Below, one piece after another: positions 49,936 to 57,059 of a stretch of 64,000 bases of DNA; the stretch's first letter is position 1, and each line of letters begins with the position of its first letter. The position numbers were made by a program, and so were the translations under genes. The notes beneath the pieces were generated by a model that was given only the letters and a program-made list of their open reading frames with translations, searched no databases and was not told where the DNA came from. This DNA is from a virus. The stretch is taken from positions 32,001 to 96,000 of IMG/VR virus record IMGVR_UViG_3300027747_000967. The stretch is one strand, 5' to 3'.

Positions 49936-50042
49936 TTTGTAGTAGGCATGAACACAATCATATTAGTTTGCGCTTCGATATTTAACGCCACTTGCGTGGT
50001 TCCGCAACACCTTTTACATATCATCACGATAGTTACTACAAA
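49936..50042 (-). ncRNA. candidate structured ncRNA B
   Basis: TTTGTAGTA/TACTACAAA closing stem; internal TTGCG/CGCAA hairpin. Confidence 0.45.
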
Positions 50043-50044
50043 AC

Positions 50045-50120
50045 TGGTGCCCCATGTCCGACTCGAACAGACCACCTACTGATTACAAATCAGTTACTCT
50101 ACCAGATGAGCTAATGGGGC
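50045..50120 (-). tRNA. tRNA-Thr(TGT)
   Basis: cloverleaf, loop TTTGTAA, GTTCGAGTC T-arm, CCA end. Confidence 0.9.
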
Positions 50121-50132
50121 AATTGTATCCTA

Positions 50133-50297
50133 TTATATACAATAACTCAAATTAATGCACATAATAGGATACAATTTTTTAGATTTCTCTTTACGTCTTA
50201 AAGCTTTGTTACTTTTTTTATGACTACCCGCTTTACGAAACAATGCCAATTTGACAAGATAGTTTCGTTCTTTGGGAGTAGAATCTTTCTTTTTCAT
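50133..50297 (-). CDS. small basic protein, ArfA-like ribosome-rescue factor candidate (not in ORF track)
   Basis: TAAGGAG RBS; MKKKDSTPKERNYLVKLALFRKAGSHKKSNKALRRKEKSKKLYPIMCINLSYCI; 16-bp hairpin over its 3' end. Confidence 0.65.
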   Translation of the reverse strand: MKKKDSTPKERNYLVKLALFRKAGSHKKSNKALRRKEKSKKLYPIMCINLSYCI

Positions 50298-50313
50298 CTT
50301 ACTCTCCTTAAAA

Positions 50314-50550
50314 TTAGGACGGGCTACTTCCTGTCATAGAAGCCCCCGATTGGAATTCATCGTTAGCCATATTCCCGATATGTAATGGCAAACATTGTCA
50401 ATTAATAAGGGTAATGTGACAACCCACTTGCGTAAGCAGAGCAAGATAACCCCCGATTTAAAGCTCGGCAACTTATGACAACTGATTGGCCGGCCCCACT
50501 CATGGGATACCATTTAATCTAGGCTTTCTTCGTGCTATATCCTAGAACCA
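50314..50550 (-). ncRNA. candidate structured ncRNA C (about 235 nt)
   Basis: GC-richer non-coding stretch with multiple nested stems. Confidence 0.55.
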
Positions 50551-50555
50551 AAACT

Positions 50556-50632
50556 TGGCGGTCTGTATCGGACTTGAACCGATGGTCTCCTCCGTGACAG
50601 GGAGGCGATTTAACCAACTAATCTAACAAACC
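50556..50632 (-). tRNA. tRNA-Asp(GTC)
   Basis: CCTCC-CTGTCAC-GGAGG anticodon arm; CCA end. Confidence 0.9.
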
Positions 50633-50727
50633 ATATTGAAGCACACTATTGAGATTCCACTTTTCAAGTCAGGGTCCGGATGACCAAGCGCCGCTTCTCG
50701 CAGGTAGGGAATAATGTGCTTCAATAT
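50633..50727 (-). ncRNA. candidate structured ncRNA D between tRNA-Glu and tRNA-Asp
   Basis: 18-bp closing stem ATATTGAAGCACA.TATT around a 59-nt GC-rich core. Confidence 0.5.
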
Positions 50728-50801
50728 GGCGCTCGGTACCAGATTCGAACTGGTGTGACCGCCGTGAAAGGGCGATATCCTAACCGCTAGATGAACCGAG
50801 C
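50727..50801 (-). tRNA. tRNA-Glu(TTC)
   Basis: loop CTTTCAC, GTTCGAATC T-arm, CCA end. Confidence 0.9.
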
Positions 50802-50860
50802 ATATTTACAACATTTACAACATGAATTTTTAAAGAACAGTTATTACTTAATATACAACC

Positions 50861-50888
50861 ATTATACATGAACCACCGAATAAGTCAA
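50861..50888 (-). promoter_or_regulatory. sigma70-like promoter of the tRNA operon
   Basis: TTGACT-16 nt-TATAAT, followed by boxA-like TGTTCTTTAAAA. Confidence 0.75.
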
Positions 50889-50944
50889 TCATTATTTTAC
50901 TACTGTTGTTTTTTTACTACAGATGTGTTGTATTTCTACAACAC

Positions 50945-51457
50945 TTATTGATATTGTTTCCAACCAATAGGTTCTTCCTCTATTGGGTCATCTGGATTAC
51001 AAATGCCTTCAAATACTTCCCATAATTTTTCTTGAACTACAAATTTACGAAATAAACCACCTTCCATTCCGTATGCTTCTATTTCCCAAGGTTGACTCCA
51101 ATAATCCAAATCTTCTGCTACATGAGCACCTTTCCAACGAGTTAGGTTATCATTGGTTTCACTATAAGCGTATTGTTTAATGTGAACCATCTCATGGCCT
51201 AAAGATTTAAGAATATTTCTTCCACCAATCTTTGGATTCATTTCAATCAAAAAGTTTCTGGCTTTACCTAAATCTGTTCTTTCTTCAACGGAAGCATATC
51301 CATAAACATCATCAATCTTTTTATTAAAGATAACTTTGATACAGATATTTTCCAACATTTTTGCGGTAAGTAATTCTTGCGCATAGAATAAAATAGCCCT
51401 TTTGACATAAGGACGGAATCGCTCTTTATCGGGACAACCAACTATACTTAACTTCAT
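50945..51457 (-). CDS. zincin-like metallopeptidase
   Basis: LGHEMVHIKQY...YWSQPWEIEAY. Confidence 0.8.
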   Translation of the reverse strand: MKLSIVGCPDKERFRPYVKRAILFYAQELLTAKMLENICIKVIFNKKIDDVYGYASVEERTDLGKARNFLIEMNPKIGGRNILKSLGHEMVHIKQYAYSETNDNLTRWKGAHVAEDLDYWSQPWEIEAYGMEGGLFRKFVVQEKLWEVFEGICNPDDPIEEEPIGWKQYQ

Positions 51458-51534
51458 TTAGGTCTCTCCTTAGAAAATTGACCCAATAATTGGCATGATA
51501 CCGTTCTTACTCACACATGACTATTTATTGTATT

Positions 51535-51563
51535 ATTATACTCTGGTTTAAGAGTTTTGTCAA
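51535..51563 (-). promoter_or_regulatory. sigma70-like promoter
   Basis: TTGACA-17 nt-TATAAT. Confidence 0.8.
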
Positions 51564-51597
51564 GAAGATTTTGTAAACTGTTGTTTTTTTACAACAC

Positions 51598-51951
51598 TTA
51601 TGCTTGACGCCTGAAAAATCTTTGTTTGATATTTTTTGGTTTGAAATGTTCTTCAATTGATTTGACCACTTTTGTTTCATCAAAATCTTTGCAACTAAAG
51701 ATATCCATATAAAGGTCACCATTAATATCTAAAAAGTGACCCATAATATTAGAAGTTTCAATAAGTTGTGATACTGTCCATCCTGCTTTATCTGTTCCAT
51801 CAGCAAAATGAACAAGTTGTGGTTCACCATAAGGAACCATTTCAATTAAACGAACTAAATCTTTAGTGAAGTGTGTAATGTATTCTGGATCCGTTGCTCT
51901 TTGAATTTCGCAACCCTTTATATCTAACATTAAATGGTAACCCCAATACAT
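51598..51951 (-). CDS. speD: S-adenosylmethionine decarboxylase proenzyme
   Basis: WGYHLMLD, QLIETSNI (self-cleavage Ser), YMDIFSCKDF. Confidence 0.85.
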   Translation of the reverse strand: MYWGYHLMLDIKGCEIQRATDPEYITHFTKDLVRLIEMVPYGEPQLVHFADGTDKAGWTVSQLIETSNIMGHFLDINGDLYMDIFSCKDFDETKVVKSIEEHFKPKNIKQRFFRRQA

Positions 51952-51960
51952 AACTACTCC

Positions 51961-52164
51961 TTAATAGATATTAAGATAATATTTAGTTAGTTTATCCTTA
52001 AGCATATCAGGAATTGTTAGATAAGGCCATTCAAGGTAAAATGGACATCCTTTATTACCCCATTGTTTTTTAACAAGAAAACTTTTTGTTATTTCAATAT
52101 CTTCCTTGGAACCTTCAAATTGTCTTTTTTGAGGTGTGAACATCATTTCAAGTTTATTACTCAT
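51961..52164 (-). CDS. hypothetical protein
   Basis: W...GCPFYLEWPYL; likely start MSNKLE, downstream of the promoter at 52196-52224. Confidence 0.6.
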   Translation of the reverse strand: MSNKLEMMFTPQKRQFEGSKEDIEITKSFLVKKQWGNKGCPFYLEWPYLTIPDMLKDKLTKYYLNIY

Positions 52165-52262
52165 AATATTATCACTTTCATCATTATAAAGTACCATTAT
52201 AACATAAAAAAAGAGGACTGTCAAGCCCTCTTTTCGGTTATTTACCAGATACAGGTCACCAA

Positions 52263-52724
52263 CTATTCATCTTTGGCTTTTACGGTAATCTTTTTTACCA
52301 TATCCTGTGCTTTAATCATGTTTTCCAACCAAACTCTTAACATACCATTCATTAATTCAGCATCTTTAATTTCTACCGAATCAGCCAATGTAAATGTACG
52401 TTCAAAGTTACGGCCAGCAATACCTTTGAAAATGTATGAACCGTCTGTTTCATTATCTTTTGATACTCCTTTGATAACCAATTTGTCGCCTTGTAAAGTA
52501 ACTTCAATATCAGACTTAGCAAAACCAGCAACTGCCATTTCAATAACATACTTGTTTTCTTTTACTTGTTTGATATTGTATGGAGGATAACCAGGTGTTG
52601 CTTTGGCCATTTCGGTGTGCATAGATTGAAGTTTATCAATCACTTCATCAAAACCGATGGTGAAAGGGTCAAAAGATTTGTGGATTTTATCCCATTGTGG
52701 GAATAGAGTGAGGGTGCTTGTCAT
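52263..52724 (-). CDS. small heat-shock protein (Hsp20/IbpA-like)
   Basis: IGFD, YPPYNI, MAVAGF, GIA.RNF.RTF.L, NGML. Confidence 0.95.
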   Translation of the reverse strand: MTSTLTLFPQWDKIHKSFDPFTIGFDEVIDKLQSMHTEMAKATPGYPPYNIKQVKENKYVIEMAVAGFAKSDIEVTLQGDKLVIKGVSKDNETDGSYIFKGIAGRNFERTFTLADSVEIKDAELMNGMLRVWLENMIKAQDMVKKITVKAKDE

Positions 52725-52752
52725 AGATTTTCTCCTTGTTAAGCGAGTTAAT

Positions 52753-52785
52753 AAAAAAGTGTAGACCCCGAAGGCATCTACACTT
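52753..52785 (-). terminator. intrinsic terminator-like hairpin after regA
   Basis: AAGTGTAGAT-GCCTTCGGG-GTCTACACTT followed by a T tract; TATAAATA at 52787-52794. Confidence 0.65.
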
Positions 52786-52813
52786 ATATTTATACACTAA
52801 ATTACAATATTTG

Positions 52814-53233
52814 TCAATAACTACCTGGTTTTTTACCAATTGAATACTTGGTAACAAGTTCCCATTCGTCTTTTTCTTTGTGAGAAAGAATCTTAATTTG
52901 TGATAGGAAAATTGGAGGTGGTGTCTGTGCTTTGGCTTTATTGACGATTTCAACCAAACCCCAATCAGACAAAAGTACCGCAATAGCATTCCTACGAGAT
53001 AAATCGTTTTCTGAAATGTCTGTTGGTTTACCATCTAATGCAAACAGTTCTTTAAAGTGAACGATTGCATAATGGCCTCTTTTGTGTAATATATGGCAAG
53101 ACTGGTATAAAATTCTGTCTTTTTTAGAAGCAACACCGATACGGGTTAATGTTTCACGAACCTTCAAAAAATCATCTTTTTCTTTTAATTTTATCTCAAT
53201 ACCATGTCCTAAAAATATATCCACTTCACTCAT
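52814..53233 (-). CDS. regA: translational repressor RegA
   Basis: DDFLKVRETLTRIGVAS...LYQSCHILHK.G.Y.IVHFKELF.LDG. Confidence 0.95.
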   Translation of the reverse strand: MSEVDIFLGHGIEIKLKEKDDFLKVRETLTRIGVASKKDRILYQSCHILHKRGHYAIVHFKELFALDGKPTDISENDLSRRNAIAVLLSDWGLVEIVNKAKAQTPPPIFLSQIKILSHKEKDEWELVTKYSIGKKPGSY

Positions 53234-53619
53234 TTTTTAACTCCGCCTTTATTTGTTTTATCTTTTATTATGGCGACTTGTTCTGGAGTCAATATCTTTA
53301 AAGCGTCTCTGGCTTTTTCGTTTGAATAACCAAAATATTCTTTAATAGAATCAATGTCTTTATTAACTTCAGCTTTTTGCCAAGGTTGAAACTTTCGTTT
53401 CATGCCTCGGATAATATTTAGATAAAACAAATATTGCATATCTTTATCAAGTTCTGGATAAAGATTCATTTCATTGGCATACAATATACAATCTACATGA
53501 TACGAGAGAGCTCTGTTTACGACAAAAGGCGTGTAATCTTTATAGTCATAATCATCTTTAAATGGATTTTTTTTCGTTTGAAGTATGGATGGTACGATTT
53601 CTTTGAATAAATCTGGCAT
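53230..53619 (-). CDS. gp62: clamp loader small subunit (gp62)
   Basis: Y.PF.VNR.LS...D...ANEMN...Y.YSNEKA; synteny. Confidence 0.9.
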   Translation of the reverse strand: MPDLFKEIVPSILQTKKNPFKDDYDYKDYTPFVVNRALSYHVDCILYANEMNLYPELDKDMQYLFYLNIIRGMKRKFQPWQKAEVNKDIDSIKEYFGYSNEKARDALKILTPEQVAIIKDKTNKGGVKK

Positions 53620-54560
53620 TATTTGAACTCCACATCAACCATTATCTCCGTTAAGCAAGCCATTAAATTAATCTCGGCATCAGCAACAAAAGCGGCTTGG
53701 TACTGATACTTCGCCAGAATTAAAACAAGTTGTGGTACAGATTGTGGTTTGAGTAGTTCATATAGACCATCATACAATTTACGATAAATCTTTGTAGGGT
53801 CATTGTCAAGGTTTGATGTTACCCATTTACGAGCAGAACCAAAATCCTTATCTTTTAATGCTACATTAAGAGTATCAAGTTGTATATCAGCAACGTTACC
53901 GAGAATACCTTTATCAATAACACCAGATACGGAGTAACGTTGAAGTTCATTCAAAATCCTTCTGTTATCGGGAAAGTGTTTGGTAATAACTGCCGCAACT
54001 ACTTGTTTATCATATTGAACATTTTCTTGTTCTAGAATCCACTCAACTCTTTTGAAGAATTGAGATGCCATCTTTGCTTTAGAACCATTGAGTTTGAAGT
54101 CAATCACAGAACATCTGGAATGAATCGGGTCAATAATACGATTCTTAAAGTTACAAGTAAAAATGAATGAACAGTTTGAGGAGAACTCCTCGATTGCACC
54201 ACGCAATGCAGGTTGCGTTGAATTTGGATTTAGATAGTCCGCTTCATCTATGATGATGACTTTTCGACCACCCGTAAAAGATACCGAAGAAGCATAATTT
54301 TTAATTTTATTACGCAAGACATCAATGCCTGACTCATCAGAACCATTAATAACAATATAGTCACAGCCCACATCTTCACAGAGGGCTTTTGCGATTGTAG
54401 TTTTTCCGACACCTGCCGTACCAGAAAGAAGTAAGTTCGGTATTTCTTTTCTATTGACATACTCTAAGAAAGTGGATTTGATTGCATCAGGTAAGATACA
54501 ATCTTCCACGGTTGATGGCCTGTATCGTTCCACCCAGAGCGCATGATTTAAATCTTTCAT
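53619..54560 (-). CDS. gp44: clamp loader large subunit (gp44)
   Basis: LWVERYRP, GTAGVGKT, IIDEAD, HSRC. Confidence 0.95.
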   Translation of the reverse strand: MKDLNHALWVERYRPSTVEDCILPDAIKSTFLEYVNRKEIPNLLLSGTAGVGKTTIAKALCEDVGCDYIVINGSDESGIDVLRNKIKNYASSVSFTGGRKVIIIDEADYLNPNSTQPALRGAIEEFSSNCSFIFTCNFKNRIIDPIHSRCSVIDFKLNGSKAKMASQFFKRVEWILEQENVQYDKQVVAAVITKHFPDNRRILNELQRYSVSGVIDKGILGNVADIQLDTLNVALKDKDFGSARKWVTSNLDNDPTKIYRKLYDGLYELLKPQSVPQLVLILAKYQYQAAFVADAEINLMACLTEIMVDVEFK

Positions 54561-54596
54561 TCAATACTCCCATAATATAATATTTACAACTCAAAA

Positions 54597-54806
54597 TTAC
54601 TTCAATTCGCCTTGTATGCGTCCAACAACTTCACTATATGCTTCCGTTAATACAATTGTTCCACCTGGTAAACCAATAACAGTTTTTTCTACTGTTTCTT
54701 CTGATCCTTCTGAAAGAGGAATTTCGGCAATAAACACACAAATAACTTGTGATGGATTTATTGACACAGGAAAACCTGTTTGGTCATTTACAAAATTTAC
54801 TAACAT
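54597..54806 (-). CDS. hypothetical protein
   Basis: 69-aa ORF between gp45 and gp44. Confidence 0.6.
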   Translation of the reverse strand: MLVNFVNDQTGFPVSINPSQVICVFIAEIPLSEGSEETVEKTVIGLPGGTIVLTEAYSEVVGRIQGELK

Positions 54807-54808
54807 AC

Positions 54809-55489
54809 TTATTCTCCAATTTTAGTGTGTTTCTTTTCAAAAGCAACCCAATATTGAATATCGGCATCTTTACTCTTAAAGTGAGCATAACCTTTAAAAG
54901 AAACAGAAACAACATAAGAACCTTGAATGAACTTAAAATTGTCGGTTCTAAAAACAATCTTATATACTTTACCATTACCTTCAGCAACTTCCATTGAGTT
55001 TGTATGAGATACTGGATTACTTTTCTCATCAAAACTAATATTAGTCATTAAGACTTTTTCACCATCAGATTCTAACAAAACGTGTTCCGTTTGAAGAACT
55101 TTAGCGGTAGTAATAAATGAACTATAATCTTCCGCTGACATTTCAAATGAAACATCTTCAGCATCAGGTAAAGTTTTATCACCAGCAACAACAATACTTT
55201 TCTTGTCTGCTTTGCGATATGTTACTTTGTTCTTACCATTTTTGATGGTAACATTTTGTTCATCAAAAACTAATTCTGCTTTATCTTTAAATAAACTACA
55301 CACAGATAAAAATTGATTTAAATCAAAAATACAAAAATCTTCAGGAAAACTGTCTTTGGTTGTTGCTTCTGCCATAACAGTTTTGTCATTAGATACTGTT
55401 CTTAATTTGGTACCTTGTTTAAACTCAATACCAGAATTGATTGAAGAAAAATTCTTCAACACATTAATTGTTTCACTTGAAAGTTTCAT
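54809..55489 (-). CDS. gp45: sliding clamp (gp45)
   Basis: MKLSSETINVLKNFSSIN..I, F.IFDLNQFL, Y.V.E; synteny. Confidence 0.95.
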   Translation of the reverse strand: MKLSSETINVLKNFSSINSGIEFKQGTKLRTVSNDKTVMAEATTKDSFPEDFCIFDLNQFLSVCSLFKDKAELVFDEQNVTIKNGKNKVTYRKADKKSIVVAGDKTLPDAEDVSFEMSAEDYSSFITTAKVLQTEHVLLESDGEKVLMTNISFDEKSNPVSHTNSMEVAEGNGKVYKIVFRTDNFKFIQGSYVVSVSFKGYAHFKSKDADIQYWVAFEKKHTKIGE

Positions 55490-55853
55490 TTACTTCTCCA
55501 TTATTTAAAAAATCTATTGTATCATGTTCATACAAAAACATCAAGCAGCACAGTGCGTGTGCTAAGTGATTCTTACCAGTTTCTTGGTCATTTTGTTCTC
55601 CAGATTTCCAAGCCCATAGATGTCGTTGTGCGGCATCAAAGTATCTACGCTTAGAGTCTGGTACTTTTTTCCAGTTATCTGGTTCATACTTCTCTGCACC
55701 AAAAGTCAGTATCTCTACTGTTGCCATCAATGCGTTTGGTGGTACTAAACCATATTGCAATTTACCACCATCAAACTTACGTCCACCTTTTTTTGCGGTT
55801 TGTGATTCTTTAACAATATCCGAAAAACTAGGTTTGTCAATAGAACCTAACAT
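55473..55853 (-). CDS. dATP/dGTP diphosphohydrolase-like protein (DUF5664-like)
   Basis: G.KFD.GK..Y.L.P...LTFGA.KY...NW...A..RH..AW..GE..D.E.G..HLAHA. Confidence 0.85.
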   Translation of the reverse strand: MLGSIDKPSFSDIVKESQTAKKGGRKFDGGKLQYGLVPPNALMATVEILTFGAEKYEPDNWKKVPDSKRRYFDAAQRHLWAWKSGEQNDQETGKNHLAHALCCLMFLYEHDTIDFLNNGEVNETFK

Positions 55854-56647
55854 TACATTTCACCAACATAATTAGCAACAGCAGGCATATCACCTTGGAA
55901 GTGATAAGTACCGATATGTGATGTTTTCATCCAAGGACATAAGTAGATTGAACCACCGATGTTTCTCCACCATTGACAGAACATATAATCTTCTGACAGA
56001 TAACGCTCTGATTGTTTGTCAATTACAGTATCAAAGTAAGCATGAATGTAACGTGAACCATCAAAGTTTGCTTGACCCACATGGTCAGGTTTGTATTTGA
56101 GTTCAGGATAAGCAGCTTCAAACTTAGGAAATACTTCACGTTTTACCATCATGAAACCTGTACCAATTTCTAACACTTCTAAAGGTTCTGTCACAGAGAA
56201 CTGAGCAGTACCTTTAACGGGATTAAACACATAATCACCAGTTACTTTTTCAAGTAGATGAGCTTCCATATCAGGATTTTTTATAATTGCCTTCTTAACT
56301 GATGACCACTTAATGGCTTTCTTGGGATAAGGGGCGCCGATAACATCTTTATCCAAAGCAAGCAGAGCAATCACATCTTGTGGATTAAAGTGAATATCGG
56401 AATCAATGAACAACAAATGGGTACAATCGGAACGTAAGAATTCATCAACGAGATAATTTCTAGCACGGGTAATCAACGACTCATTAAACAAAAATGAGAA
56501 TTTTACCTGCACGCCATACTGCATACATAAACCTTGTAAGTCAAGGCAAGCCTTCATATACAAACCACAATTCATACCACCATACATTGGCGTTGCTACG
56601 AAAAGTTTTTTCGTTTGTAATACTTCTTTTGTTATTGAAATTTCCAT
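55853..56647 (-). CDS. GT-A glycosyltransferase-like protein
   Basis: ATPMYGG, ESLITRARN, FIDSDI, GTGFM, YLSEDY.FC. Confidence 0.8.
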   Translation of the reverse strand: MEISITKEVLQTKKLFVATPMYGGMNCGLYMKACLDLQGLCMQYGVQVKFSFLFNESLITRARNYLVDEFLRSDCTHLLFIDSDIHFNPQDVIALLALDKDVIGAPYPKKAIKWSSVKKAIIKNPDMEAHLLEKVTGDYVFNPVKGTAQFSVTEPLEVLEIGTGFMMVKREVFPKFEAAYPELKYKPDHVGQANFDGSRYIHAYFDTVIDKQSERYLSEDYMFCQWWRNIGGSIYLCPWMKTSHIGTYHFQGDMPAVANYVGEM

Positions 56648-56665
56648 TTGTTCTCCGAAAATAGG

Positions 56666-56688
56666 AAAAAGGGGATTTCTCCCCTTTT
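56666..56688 (-). terminator. intrinsic terminator
   Basis: AAAAGGGGA-GAAA-TCCCCTTTTT. Confidence 0.7.
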
Positions 56689-56703
56689 ATTATTGCCTAT
56701 AAA

Positions 56704-56973
56704 TTAGGCTGTGAAGCGATAACCAGCAGATAAGGCTGCTTGTACCATTGCTTTAGTTGGTGTACCTAAACGGTAGTAATTAATCTTACGACCATCAGAT
56801 AACTTACGAGTGTTTGTATAGATACAATGACCTTCTTTACGAAGTTCTTCAATGCGAGCAGATACGTTGGTAACTCCAAAACGCTTCTGTGCTTGTTTAA
56901 CGGTGAAAGTGTTGTAACCTTCTGTCTTTTTGAGAGCAACTAACATACGCTCTTTAGCTGATAACTTAGCCAT
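56704..56973 (-). CDS. winged-helix DNA-binding protein
   Basis: FTVKQAQKRFGVTNVSARIEELRKEG..I; own promoter at 57026-57055. Confidence 0.75.
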   Translation of the reverse strand: MAKLSAKERMLVALKKTEGYNTFTVKQAQKRFGVTNVSARIEELRKEGHCIYTNTRKLSDGRKINYYRLGTPTKAMVQAALSAGYRFTA

Positions 56974-57059
56974 AATAAAACTCCTTTTCATAATTTAAAA
57001 TTACTCAATTTGCTTGAGTAGACACATCATAACATTATTTATGCTAGTTTGTCAAGCGT

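Noticed and set aside
49827-50082. ORFs on both strands in the tRNA cluster
   Set aside because: They overlap tRNA-Cys and tRNA-Thr; shadow ORFs.
50314-50550. RNase P RNA or tmRNA
   Set aside because: GAAGAAAGCC only loosely resembles the RNase P GAGGAAAGUCC motif and its 3' partner is missing; no tRNA-like ends or tag ORF for tmRNA.
48976-50801. tRNA-associated HDV-like or hammerhead ribozymes
   Set aside because: Sequences after each CCA show no nested double pseudoknot, and no complete CUGANGA/GAAA core was found by eye.
298-51596. LexA boxes upstream of promoters
   Set aside because: The dyad gives CTGT-N12-ACAG, not the CTGT-N8-ACAG SOS box spacing.
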